From Candidatus Caldarchaeum sp. (GTDB lineage Archaea; Thermoproteota; Nitrososphaeria_A; Caldarchaeales; Caldarchaeaceae): 64,000 nt of DNA. Location: the NCBI GenBank assembly GCA_038831915.1, contig JAWBKB010000001.1, positions 122,172-186,171 on the forward strand, in the 5' to 3' direction. A program made the translations under genes and the position numbers. This document shows, piece by piece, positions 1 to 9,581 of the stretch; positions within the stretch are counted from its first letter, which is position 1, and each line of letters opens with the position of its first letter. The notes beneath the pieces are model-generated. The model was given only the letters and a program-made list of their open reading frames with translations, was not told the DNA's origin and ran no database searches.

Positions 1-170
1 TACAGAAATATCTCCCGACGACCTCGCCTCTGAAAATATTTTTGACGATGGCGACGTTCGGGGATTAGTTACTCAAACTGTCCATGCAACGGCTTACACT
101 GATTTAGGCTTTTCAAACCTCTAAACTTGCGTCACGACCAACAGAACTACCTTTAACAATTTTGGCCATT

Positions 171-1466
171 TCATGTCCTCGAACATTCGAGTTGTCGTGC
201 AGCCCTGAGAAGAAGCGATTCTTCGAAAGGCTTGCCTACTAAAGTGAGGCCTATGCCTCGGTCATGGGTTAAAGGCATCGTAACTGCAGGGTAGCCGAGC
301 AGCGCCGCGGGCATGCCGAAAGACGTGTCCACACTTTCCTCATCGCCTCCGACCTGAAACACCGTGGCCAAAAGATGAAACTGTTCAAACAGCTTCTCGA
401 CGCGGATATTAATTTCGTTTCTCTTTTTGAGTGCTTTGAGGCAATCGACGGCGGATGTTGTACGGCCTGCCAATAGTAGTTGGCGTGCGTTTGGCCCGTA
501 TTTGTCCCTCCATTCCTGAAAGAAATCGTCGTGGAAGGCCGCGGCTTCGGCCAAGCCGATTCGTGTCCATAAATCCGCCAAGCCGTTGATCGAAAAACGA
601 GCTTCAACCGCAGAAAATTCACAACGATCGCACAAATTCATCAACCTCTCAACGCCGACATATTTCTCCTGGGGTGCGATGATGCCGATTTTCAGTCCTT
701 CAGGCTTGCGGAATATCTGTGACATGTAGCGGGGCACTTCGGCGTAAACACTGCTTTCATCCATTAGGTCGAACCCGGCTGTGGCCTTCAACACGGCTGC
801 CAAATCTTCGCCACTTTTTCCAAAAAAGCAAACCGCGTCAAGCGAGTAACTTACCGGAAGAACTCCATGCCTGCTTACCCTTCCAAAAGAGGGTCTGAGT
901 GAAACCACGCCGGCCATGGTTGCGGTAGTCGGCAAAAAGCCGTCACTATCAGTTCCGACAGCTATCGAGGACAAGCCTAGAGAAACTGCTGCAGCTGAGC
1001 CGTTGTTCGAGTCGTGCAAGGGGTTTCCGTTCATCAGCTTTACCTGTCCATAGTAGGGGTCATCGTCCTTGTTTGCGAGAGAGAACTCGGTCAGGTTGGT
1101 TTTTCCGACGACAACGGCGCCTGCTTGCTCGAGTTTGGCTAAGACCGTCGCGGTTGTTTCGGAAATTTTATCCGCAAACAGCTTTGAACCATAAGTTATT
1201 CTGACGTCTTTGAAATGTATGTTGTCTTTGACTCCGATAGGTATCCCTTGAAGAAATCCACGGACTATTCCACGGTTAATTTCGTCCTCGATTTTTCGAG
1301 CCTGTTCCAAAGCCTTAGACCTACATAAAGTGATGAACACATTATGCGATGAATTCATCTTTTCAGCTCTATTGATTAGCTGTTCGATCAGTGTAACGGG
1401 TGAAATAGTCCTGCTCCGAAGCTTTTCGCCCAACGCTGTCACCGTGATGTTATCCATTTTGACCAC
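171..1466 (-). CDS. Amidase-signature (GatA-like) family protein, probably catalytically impaired
   Basis: GIPIGVKDN, GAVVVGKTNLTEF, SAAAVSLG, RPSFGRVSRHGV motifs; GTDTGGS appears as GTDSDGF. Confidence 0.85.
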   Translation of the reverse strand: MVKMDNITVTALGEKLRSRTISPVTLIEQLINRAEKMNSSHNVFITLCRSKALEQARKIEDEINRGIVRGFLQGIPIGVKDNIHFKDVRITYGSKLFADKISETTATVLAKLEQAGAVVVGKTNLTEFSLANKDDDPYYGQVKLMNGNPLHDSNNGSAAAVSLGLSSIAVGTDSDGFLPTTATMAGVVSLRPSFGRVSRHGVLPVSYSLDAVCFFGKSGEDLAAVLKATAGFDLMDESSVYAEVPRYMSQIFRKPEGLKIGIIAPQEKYVGVERLMNLCDRCEFSAVEARFSINGLADLWTRIGLAEAAAFHDDFFQEWRDKYGPNARQLLLAGRTTSAVDCLKALKKRNEINIRVEKLFEQFHLLATVFQVGGDEESVDTSFGMPAALLGYPAVTMPLTHDRGIGLTLVGKPFEESLLLRAARQLECSRT

Positions 1467-1542
1467 CTATGAAGACACGTACTTTCACAAATATGCTCAA
1501 TAAAGTCATGTATAATTAACGGTGTTTATCTGAAGGCTTGGT

Positions 1543-1791
1543 TTGGAGCCGAAATACTTCGTCGAAGTCAAAACAGCGGATAAAGCCTACAAGGTTGAGG
1601 CTGAAGCTTTGGAAGCGGTGAAAAATGTGATAAAGGGCAAAATGCTCGCCCGCATGAAAAAAGAATACGTCGACTGTCCTGTCGCGGGAGCGCCGGTGGC
1701 TTTTCTCAGCTGCTTCGTCTGCGTCAGCTACATTCGACGAGTCCGTGGAGTGGTTCACTGCGCCGGCAGCGAAAGGAGGACCAGAACTTGA
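1543..1791 (+). CDS. Small Cys-rich hypothetical protein (possible Zn-binding)
   Basis: 82 aa, TTG start, VDCP..CFVC..HC; overlaps the next gene by 4 nt. Confidence 0.65.
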   Translation: MEPKYFVEVKTADKAYKVEAEALEAVKNVIKGKMLARMKKEYVDCPVAGAPVAFLSCFVCVSYIRRVRGVVHCAGSERRTRT

Positions 1792-2033
1792 GCAGATACA
1801 CGCTCTTTTTTTCAGGCGTGGTTGTTCTTGTTTTCGGACTTTTCATGGCTTTCGCAGGCCTGCCTTTCTCCTACATTTTCCTTTTCTCCGGAATTATAAT
1901 GACCGTCGCCGGGTTCTTCATAAAATCGACCGTAACCGTCGAGCCGGAGCAAGGGAAAAAATTCTGCTGGTACTGCTATGAACAAATTCCAGCCGACGCC
2001 GGTATCTGTCCCCATTGTAAACTCAAGCAGTAA
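1788..2033 (+). CDS. Two-TM membrane protein with C-terminal zinc ribbon
   Basis: Two hydrophobic helices, then CWYC-x10-CPHC. Confidence 0.75.
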   Translation: MSRYTLFFSGVVVLVFGLFMAFAGLPFSYIFLFSGIIMTVAGFFIKSTVTVEPEQGKKFCWYCYEQIPADAGICPHCKLKQ

Positions 2034-2036
2034 TCT

Positions 2037-4526
2037 CTAATCTGTCAAGAGAACTTTCAACGGAATGTTGGCGTACAACGCTTTGACAATTTCTTTGCCG
2101 TGGCTGGAGTTTTTCCTTACAGCTATCATTCCTTTTCTTCCAACAGTTGCTGAAAAAAGAAATTGGTTTCCAGCGTAGATTCCGACGCTTTTGCCAGCCA
2201 TGGAGGGGCCTAATTCGATGCGCAGGCTATTGCCTGATTCCGATATCTTGAATTCCACCTCTTTCCCGAAGGAGGGTATTCTGGGCTCAACATCGATTGA
2301 TACTTCGAGCTCTTTTTCGATTTTGCTTATGTTTTCGCCTTTACGGCCTATGACGCGAGGTATGGCGTCGGGGTCGACTCTTACCACATATCGGTTTCTC
2401 GAAACCTCTTCCACTTCAACGTCCTCGTCGAAATTTTGGAGAGCTTGTTTGATCTTTTCCTTTATTTCGCGTTGTTCCACGACGAGTTGTTCAGATATTT
2501 TTCGCACGGGGATTATCACGTTTTCCTCCCCAAAGGTGTAGATTTCATATTCGAGCTGGTTCGTGAGGAAATCCCTTACCTCGACCAAAGGTCTTGCCAA
2601 GTCCTCCTCGGTCATTCCAGTTGGAACTCTCACTGTCATGTTCAGTGTGTAGACTTTTGTTATGTTGCCGGCTTCGAGAAAAACTACTGTGTCGATAATG
2701 TGTGGGATCATGCCGAGCTCGACGCGGCCTATGAATCGTTGAATAGCGCTGACAGCGTCGCTGGAATGAACGACGCCGATCATCCCGACGCCTGCAAGCC
2801 TCATGTCGCTGAAAATCTGAAAATCCCTGTCCTTGCGGATTTCGTCGAAAACCGTGTAGTCAGGCCGCACAAGCAGCAGAATTTCCGCTGTTTTCTCAAA
2901 ATCTCCCTCAAGAGGCCCGTATTGTGTGATTTCTGGCCCGACTTGAAGGTCTCGCGGTGACTCGAGCGTTTTGACGATTTTTCCTTTACGGCTGTAGAAT
3001 TCGGCTAGGCTTGCTGCGAAAGTTGATTTTCCACTTCCAGGGGGGCCGGCGATAAGAATTCCCTCGGCTTTCTTCTCGAACCTTTCGAGGAGACGTGGAG
3101 GTAGATTATAATCTTCGATACGTAGCTTGACTATAGGCCTGACAACGGTAATTTCGAGGCCGTCGCTGAACGGAGGTCTCGCAACAGCTATTCGGTAGTT
3201 GCCTATCTGTGCTACGAAAGCACCTGCGCGGACTATTTCGATGCTCCCCTCAGGCTTGACCCGTGCGTATTCGGTGATTTCTTTGATTAGGTTGTTGAGT
3301 TCCGATTGTTCAAGAGGCCTCTCGTCGAGTTTGATGAGTTGAAAGTTGCCGGGTTTCCCGCGTTTTGCCATTAATGGCGCGCCTTCCTTGAAATGAAGGC
3401 TTAACGTGTCCTCGGTAAAGTACTGTTCGAAAGACATTTTCGCCGGAAGCTCGGTCGGAGGAAAATATTTGACTGCAACGCCTTCGGTTTCTGCGACGAG
3501 TGATTGGACGTAATCAGAGGTGTATAGGACAGCGTTTTCACGTTTCGCGACTTCTCTAATGAGCGCGTCTATTCGGCCTTTCCTCGCGAGTTTGATATCT
3601 TCTAGACTCGGCCTTTCTCCAACTATCCTAATTGTCAACCGGTGTTGAGAAGCGAGAGACCTTATTTTTTTCAGCTCATTTAGTCCAACAAATCCCGGCT
3701 CTCGCTTCTGTGATGCTTGGGCTTGCAGCTCGTCTATAGCCGCTGCAGGAATGATTAGTTCAGCGCCGTCAATCTGACTGGTTTCGACTAGCATCGCAAC
3801 AGTGCCGTTGATGATGGCTGAAGTGTCAGGAACTATTTTCAACTGCTGATGTTGACCAGAAATTCCGAGATGGTTTAACAATTCACGTGGACTGTGAACA
3901 ATTTGTGTCACTCCAGCTTGCGTCATTTCTTCGGCTGAATGATAGCCCCAGGAAACTCCTATGAAACGGGCTCCCGCCGCTGATGCTGCTCGGAAATCGT
4001 TTATGCTGTCTCCGACATATATCAAATTCGAAGGATAAATTTTCAATTCAGATAAGATTTTTAGCAGAATGTCGGGCCGTGGCTTCATTTTTCCCACGTC
4101 ATCTCTTGTGTAGAGTTTTTCGAAATATGATTCAAGCCCGGTTTTTCGAAGAGCTTGGACGGCCGCTTCTCGATGACTGTTGGTTGCGACGAATAGCCTG
4201 TAACCGTTTTTCCTCAGCTGTTCGAGGACTTCGATGATTTCTGGATATGGCTCCGCGTCGGCGGCGGCCTTCAGCTCATCTTCCCGAAGAATCCGTAAAA
4301 CCTCCTCGCGCATTTTTTCAAAAACTACAGATGGCATTGCTGAGGCGGCCCTGTCGAAAAAATCTTGGAACGATTCTTTTTCGGACATTTGGATGCCGTA
4401 CTTCAAAACTAGTTCGGCCGCTTTTCTTTTGGCTTGAGAGAGGTCGATTTTCATCTTGATTAGCGTACCGTCGAGGTCCATTACCAAAATTGTCGAACCG
4501 TCATTCACAGAAAATTCACCAATCAT
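2037..4526 (-). CDS. HAD phosphatase fused to PIN-domain ATPase with KH domain (PINA family)
   Basis: DLDGTL, ATN, KPRP, GDSIND (HAD); KIVPDTSAII (PIN); GPPGSGKST, ESPRDL, FDEIR (ATPase); VIGRKG (KH). Confidence 0.9.
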   Translation of the reverse strand: MIGEFSVNDGSTILVMDLDGTLIKMKIDLSQAKRKAAELVLKYGIQMSEKESFQDFFDRAASAMPSVVFEKMREEVLRILREDELKAAADAEPYPEIIEVLEQLRKNGYRLFVATNSHREAAVQALRKTGLESYFEKLYTRDDVGKMKPRPDILLKILSELKIYPSNLIYVGDSINDFRAASAAGARFIGVSWGYHSAEEMTQAGVTQIVHSPRELLNHLGISGQHQQLKIVPDTSAIINGTVAMLVETSQIDGAELIIPAAAIDELQAQASQKREPGFVGLNELKKIRSLASQHRLTIRIVGERPSLEDIKLARKGRIDALIREVAKRENAVLYTSDYVQSLVAETEGVAVKYFPPTELPAKMSFEQYFTEDTLSLHFKEGAPLMAKRGKPGNFQLIKLDERPLEQSELNNLIKEITEYARVKPEGSIEIVRAGAFVAQIGNYRIAVARPPFSDGLEITVVRPIVKLRIEDYNLPPRLLERFEKKAEGILIAGPPGSGKSTFAASLAEFYSRKGKIVKTLESPRDLQVGPEITQYGPLEGDFEKTAEILLLVRPDYTVFDEIRKDRDFQIFSDMRLAGVGMIGVVHSSDAVSAIQRFIGRVELGMIPHIIDTVVFLEAGNITKVYTLNMTVRVPTGMTEEDLARPLVEVRDFLTNQLEYEIYTFGEENVIIPVRKISEQLVVEQREIKEKIKQALQNFDEDVEVEEVSRNRYVVRVDPDAIPRVIGRKGENISKIEKELEVSIDVEPRIPSFGKEVEFKISESGNSLRIELGPSMAGKSVGIYAGNQFLFSATVGRKGMIAVRKNSSHGKEIVKALYANIPLKVLLTD

Positions 4527-4561
4527 GTATCCATAAATGGGACATCATAAACTTCTATCAT

Positions 4562-5746
4562 GTGAAAAAAGTCGCAATTGTGGGTGTTGGTCAGTCGCCT
4601 TTCGGAAGAATATCTAACAGAAACATAAACGAATTGGCGTGGACGGCTATAAAGCAAGCTCTAGAAGACGCTGGAATAACTCAGAAAGACGTGAAAATGG
4701 TTTCTCTTTCGAACGTGGGCGGCTGGAGCGCCGAACCTCTTCCAGCTATTTCAGTTAATGAATATTCTGGGTTGACGGGTGTGGGTACTTACAGGGTGGA
4801 AGCGGCGTGTGCTTCTGGCTCAGCGGCGCTTTCCACGGCTTATGGATTTGTTTCATCTGGCTCAGTTGACATCGCGCTCGTGGTTGGTGTTGAGCGGATG
4901 AACGAATCACCGACGCCCACTGCTGTTGAGTTGATAGGACGGGCTGGAAACTATTTCTGGGAATTCAGCATGTTTGGATTAACTTTTCCCGGATACTACG
5001 CTCTTTACGCAACAGCCTACATGAACAAATTTGGAGCGACCGAAGAGGACCTCGCTAAAATCGCTGTGAAAAACCATTTCTACGCTTCCTTTAACGAGAA
5101 AGCATCGTTCAGAAAAAGAATAACAGTCGAAGACGTTTTGAAAAGTAGGCCGGTTGCGTGGCCTTTGAAGTTGCTTGATTGCAGCCCTATAACGGATGGA
5201 GCTGCCGCGGTTGTGCTAGCATCTGAAGACGTTGCGAAAAAGCTGACGGATACACCGGTCTGGATAGCCGGCATAGGTTTCGGCTCAGACACATCAAATT
5301 TGAGCAAACGACCTGATTTCGTCGGTCTGCGAGCTACAAAAGAAGCCGCAGAACAGGCTTACAAACAAGCCGGCGTCGACCCGGGCAGGGCTGCGAAAAG
5401 CTTCGACGTTGCTGAAGTACATGATTGCTTCACTATCGCCGAGATATTGGCCTATGAAGACCTTGGCTTCGCCGCGCCCGGTCAAGGATATATGTTGGCT
5501 CGAGAAGGTGAAACCTACAAAGGTGGTTTGATCCCCGTCAACCTCGATGGTGGGTTGAAAGCGAAAGGTCATCCAATCGGTGCGACGGGTGTTAGTATGG
5601 CTGCTGAAATAACATCACAGCTGCGTCAAGAACTTCCACTGGATAGGCAGGCTGACATAGTCAAGGGCATGGGACTTATTCACAACGTCGGCGGCACAGG
5701 CCATTACGCGTACATTACTGTTATCTCTCTCACGAAGCCGGTGTAA
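4562..5746 (+). CDS. Archaeal thiolase (acetyl-CoA acetyltransferase, SCP-x type)
   Basis: EAACASG, EVHDCF, GHPIGATG, HNVGG; start moved to GTG at 4562 to avoid overlapping the divergent gene. Confidence 0.92.
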   Translation: MKKVAIVGVGQSPFGRISNRNINELAWTAIKQALEDAGITQKDVKMVSLSNVGGWSAEPLPAISVNEYSGLTGVGTYRVEAACASGSAALSTAYGFVSSGSVDIALVVGVERMNESPTPTAVELIGRAGNYFWEFSMFGLTFPGYYALYATAYMNKFGATEEDLAKIAVKNHFYASFNEKASFRKRITVEDVLKSRPVAWPLKLLDCSPITDGAAAVVLASEDVAKKLTDTPVWIAGIGFGSDTSNLSKRPDFVGLRATKEAAEQAYKQAGVDPGRAAKSFDVAEVHDCFTIAEILAYEDLGFAAPGQGYMLAREGETYKGGLIPVNLDGGLKAKGHPIGATGVSMAAEITSQLRQELPLDRQADIVKGMGLIHNVGGTGHYAYITVISLTKPV

Positions 5747-5750
5747 AACC

Positions 5751-6290
5751 ATGACGTCGATTCCACGCGAGGAACTTGAAAGAATGGTTAGGACATGGCT
5801 TGAAATGGTTGAGCAGATTACGCGTAACGAAGGCCTTCCGATAATTCCGGATGAAAAGTCCGCTGACCCTTTATGGGTTGACGTCCGGGAGCTGCGTTTA
5901 AAATACCTCATTCCAGTCAGCAGGGTTAAGAAATTTTTCGACGGGCTGAAAGATGGTAAGGTTTTCGCGACCAAATGTCCAGTGAAGAATGTTTTCTATT
6001 TTCCGCCGCAGGTCGATTGTCCGTTATGTATGGATGAAAACGTTGAATGGGTTGAAATCAAGGGAAACGGGACTTTGCTCACCTACACGATCATCAGCGT
6101 AAAACCTGCGAGCTATCTGCATTATCCAGATTACGTAGTAGCGATAGCGAAAATGGATGAAGGATTCAACGTGCTTAGCTGGATGACTGTTGATGACCCG
6201 TCAAAAATCAAAGTTGGGATGCCGGTGAAACTCGTCGTCAAAAGAAGAGAACCCGAAGGATTTTTCACTTACTATCTCGAACCAGTTTAA
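5751..6290 (+). CDS. DUF35 Zn-ribbon/OB-fold protein (thiolase partner)
   Basis: ATKCP..YFPPQVDCPLC, GTLLTYT, IKVGMPV; directly after thiolase. Confidence 0.88.
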   Translation: MTSIPREELERMVRTWLEMVEQITRNEGLPIIPDEKSADPLWVDVRELRLKYLIPVSRVKKFFDGLKDGKVFATKCPVKNVFYFPPQVDCPLCMDENVEWVEIKGNGTLLTYTIISVKPASYLHYPDYVVAIAKMDEGFNVLSWMTVDDPSKIKVGMPVKLVVKRREPEGFFTYYLEPV

Positions 6291-7504
6291 ACTGCTCTCC
6301 GAGTAGTCGAAACAATCGACAGAACATCGCGGTCTTTGACCCGGTAGTCTCCCGGTAGCCTCAATCCCGACCTAACGTCGATAGCGTACAGCAGCCCCTT
6401 CTCAAGCTCGGAATGAATAGTTCTCGCGAGGTCTCGAACTGTTGAGTTTGGCGGCATCAAATAAGCGTCGGGCAAAATCTTCCCAGAGCGGTCTGCAAGT
6501 TTCGCAGGGTCCGAAACCGGGTAAACCACGCTCATTCCCAACAGCTTGAAAACCGCGACGTTTATCGCAAACTGGACACCTGTCCGCATGTATTCTCCGA
6601 AAACCCGGGACTGAATAAACTCAAGCGCTTTTTTCTGTTCTGGTGTTAATTGTTCTTCGTGAAGTATTTTGAAGCTTTCCTCGCCTGGAATATATTTGAC
6701 GAGTCCTTTCTGAACAGCTCTTCGCAAAGCGAGCTCCGCCTCAGCACTTGCGGGGATAACCATGTAGTTTGTCAAACTTTCTCGGAGAATTTCAAAGTTT
6801 TGATTCGCGGTTTCAAGGTCCATTTTATTAGCCAACACAATCATGGGTTTCGAGGCCTCGAGTAGTTTTTCAGCGAATTTCTTATCCTCGAGCATAGTCC
6901 ATTTTTCGAATTCTTCGCCTTTCAGCCCCGTTTGTTTGAGGGCTGTTTCGATGTGGACTGCGTTTATCTTCACACCTTGAAGAACTTCTGCAAGAGTCTC
7001 GACGAAATCTTTGCCCGATTTGAGGTTGCGGACGATTTTGTCCTCCTGTCTGTCGATGAGCCGCATGAGCCACATCACGAGTTCTTCGTGAATATCGTAG
7101 AAATCTGCCAACGGGTTGCCTACCCCCATCTCTGTGATTCTTCCTTCCTCGTCCACGCTGCCGGACGCGTCAACCACGTGAATCAAAGCATCAGCCTGTG
7201 AAGCTACTGATAAAAACTGGTTGCCCAACCCTTTTCCAGCCCAAGCACCCTTAATCAGACCCGGTAAGTCAATCAACTCTATGGGGATATGTCTGTACCC
7301 GTCGATGCAAAGCGAGTTTCTTGGGTTGTCTTTGACGTTGAATTCTTTGCAGACGCACGGTGTTATGGCGTAGGTTGTGCCATAATTAGGTTGTTTGGTG
7401 GTGAAAGGATACGAAGATACTTCCGCGTATTGAAGGGTTGCCGCGTTGAAAAAAGTTGTCTTTCCCGTGTTTGTTTTTCCGATGAGCCCTATCCTTATCG
7501 GCAT
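6287..7504 (-). CDS. ychF: Archaeal YchF/Obg-family NTPase with TGS domain
   Basis: GKTNTGKTT, YPFTT, DLPGL, GLGNQFL, NKMD, C-terminal TGS. Confidence 0.88.
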   Translation of the reverse strand: MPIRIGLIGKTNTGKTTFFNAATLQYAEVSSYPFTTKQPNYGTTYAITPCVCKEFNVKDNPRNSLCIDGYRHIPIELIDLPGLIKGAWAGKGLGNQFLSVASQADALIHVVDASGSVDEEGRITEMGVGNPLADFYDIHEELVMWLMRLIDRQEDKIVRNLKSGKDFVETLAEVLQGVKINAVHIETALKQTGLKGEEFEKWTMLEDKKFAEKLLEASKPMIVLANKMDLETANQNFEILRESLTNYMVIPASAEAELALRRAVQKGLVKYIPGEESFKILHEEQLTPEQKKALEFIQSRVFGEYMRTGVQFAINVAVFKLLGMSVVYPVSDPAKLADRSGKILPDAYLMPPNSTVRDLARTIHSELEKGLLYAIDVRSGLRLPGDYRVKDRDVLSIVSTTRRAV

Positions 7505-7546
7505 GCCTTACCTATGTATTAATTCACAAGTCTGTGAAAAACTTTA

Positions 7547-8431
7547 TCAAACGACCGCGTCATACTTTTTCAAAACGAATGGAATTTCCGCGATAACGTC
7601 CTCCGGCGTAATATGCAGGCCTTTTTTCTGAGCTGCAGCCATTCCTGCATAGCCGTTAGCCACTGCCGCCGCGACGGCGGCGTTGAAAGGTGACACGGCC
7701 TTAGCCAAGAAACCCGCAACAACACCTGTCAAAACATCGCCTGTCCCGCCGACAGTCATCGCCGCCGTCAAAGGATCTTTCCTATTGACCACGACTTCCC
7801 TTCCGTCAGAAATAACGTCGACATGACCCTTCACAAGAACGACAACTCTGTGAGTTGAAGCTGATTTCAGCGCGTTCTCGGCCCTTTCTTCCAAAGTGTC
7901 TCCAGCATCGAAGCCGAACAATCTTTTGAATTCGCCCGCGTGAGGTGTCAAAACTACACGACTTCCAGCGACGTGAAGCAAGATATCGCCAAAGAGAGCG
8001 GTTGCGTCAAGGACCATGGGAACATTGTTTTCGGCGAGAAGTTTGACCAATTTAATCACCCCTTTTTCACATCCCTTAGCTAGGCCTGGGCCTATTGCCA
8101 CAGCAGTCACGTTGTCTAGAACTTTCGTGATTTTGTCAACTGATTTGGATGTTAGCTTGTAATCACGGAGCGGTATGACAATGAGTGAGGGGGAAAGGGC
8201 TCTGATCGGTGTGGCAATTTTTTCAGGCACGGCTGTGTAAACGAGGTCTACTCCCGTTCTCATAGCGGCCATAGAAACTAAGAAAGGAGCTCCGTGGTAA
8301 AGCCAGCTACCTCCCACAACTAAAACAACACCATTCTCTCCTTTCCGTGACCAAGCCTTTCGCGGTAGACATGTTTTCGCAAGCATTTCCTCGGATGCGT
8401 CCAGCCACGCACCGCTCATAATTCTACCCAT
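7547..8431 (-). CDS. nnrD: ADP-dependent NAD(P)H-hydrate dehydratase
   Basis: KGENG-VLVVGGS, IGPGL, LDA, LTPHAGEF, GGTGDVLTG. Confidence 0.92.
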   Translation of the reverse strand: MGRIMSGAWLDASEEMLAKTCLPRKAWSRKGENGVVLVVGGSWLYHGAPFLVSMAAMRTGVDLVYTAVPEKIATPIRALSPSLIVIPLRDYKLTSKSVDKITKVLDNVTAVAIGPGLAKGCEKGVIKLVKLLAENNVPMVLDATALFGDILLHVAGSRVVLTPHAGEFKRLFGFDAGDTLEERAENALKSASTHRVVVLVKGHVDVISDGREVVVNRKDPLTAAMTVGGTGDVLTGVVAGFLAKAVSPFNAAVAAAVANGYAGMAAAQKKGLHITPEDVIAEIPFVLKKYDAVV

Positions 8432-8486
8432 GTTCTCTATGTTAAAACCACAGCGTTTTTAGGTTCGTGGTATTTATTCCAACGGG

Positions 8487-9200
8487 TTGATAGTGCTGGG
8501 AAGTTCGACATACGCGGTGATGACCGCGTGCAGATTCGCATCGTTGGGATACGATGTCACGCTGGTGAATCCCAGCCGAAGGCTCGGACTCTTCCCTTTC
8601 ATGGTGATGCCGGAAAGTTTCTTACAGGACACCAAACTCGAAAAATACGAGGCCAAAATAACCAAAACCTCGTTGAATGGCCGGATAACTAATCTGGTTC
8701 AGCCTCTGTACGTGTTGATGTCAACTTTGTCACTCGAAAAAATTCTAAGCGAACACGATGTCAAATACACCACTAAAATGACTAAGGAAAACGATAGAAT
8801 CGTGGACTGCTCGGGGAAAGCCTTGCATGGGTTGAATGTTTACCAAACACTGGAGCTAAATGATACCGCCGAAGAAAATGTTTTGCATGCATGGCTCACT
8901 CCGGGGTCAAGCCTCGTGGTTGACGTGTTTTTTCGGGGACTGTGTTTCCGCACGGTTTACACCTTGACCAAAGCGACCTACCACCGGAACCAATTAGCCT
9001 TCGTCAGAAGACCGTCAGCTTATATTGACCATGAAACTCAAACAATTTTCAACCCCATATCATACATTGGGCCTGATTTCGCTGAATTCTACTTAAACAA
9101 CCGTAGGGTGGCTTCAGACGCCGGCAAAATTCTGCAAGCCATCATGACACAAAATGAGGAGCCTAAAATGGGCGAGTTAACATTTTTATCATTCCCGTGA
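8487..9200 (+). CDS. Hypothetical protein with degenerate FAD/NAD Rossmann-like N-terminus
   Basis: IVLGSSTYAVMTACRFASLGYDVTLV..RLG resembles a beta-alpha-beta dinucleotide fold without GxGxxG; IVDCSG. Confidence 0.55.
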   Translation: MIVLGSSTYAVMTACRFASLGYDVTLVNPSRRLGLFPFMVMPESFLQDTKLEKYEAKITKTSLNGRITNLVQPLYVLMSTLSLEKILSEHDVKYTTKMTKENDRIVDCSGKALHGLNVYQTLELNDTAEENVLHAWLTPGSSLVVDVFFRGLCFRTVYTLTKATYHRNQLAFVRRPSAYIDHETQTIFNPISYIGPDFAEFYLNNRRVASDAGKILQAIMTQNEEPKMGELTFLSFP

Positions 9201-9210
9201 AGGGGTAAAC

Positions 9211-9522
9211 ATGCACAAGGAGGCGAAAGACTTGGTCGAAGACTCTGTTGTCTTGGTTGGAAGGAAACCGACGATGAACTACGTGCTGGCCACAACTTTG
9301 CCGTTGACAGAAGGCAAGAAAGTTGTGCTGAAGGCCCGTGGAAAAGCAATAGCCAAAGCAGTGGACGTAGTCGAAGTTGTTCGGAGGAGGTTTGTTCAAA
9401 ACGCCGTCATCGAAAAGATAAACATCGGCACCGAAGAAGGCAGGGTCGGTAACGACGGCCGCCAACGAAACGTCAGCACCATCGAAATCATATTGTCCCA
9501 ACCGAAGCCAGCGAAGAAATAG
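9211..9522 (+). CDS. albA: Chromatin protein Alba
   Basis: VGRKPTMNYVLA, KARGKAIAKAVDV, NVSTIEI. Confidence 0.96.
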   Translation: MHKEAKDLVEDSVVLVGRKPTMNYVLATTLPLTEGKKVVLKARGKAIAKAVDVVEVVRRRFVQNAVIEKINIGTEEGRVGNDGRQRNVSTIEIILSQPKPAKK

Positions 9523-9581
9523 GGCAAAACCCGGCTAACATCCGGGTTCCCACATATTTTTATCGCTGCTAAAAGACATTC

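Noticed and set aside
1-170. Partial gene at the window start
   Set aside because: An open + frame (2-124) exists but has no recognisable motif; too little sequence to call.
171-1466. gatA assignment
   Set aside because: The catalytic signature is broken and no gatB or gatC is adjacent.
9527-9548. Hairpin AACCCGG-N7-CCGGGTT after alba
   Set aside because: A single short stem with no U-tract; insufficient to call a terminator.
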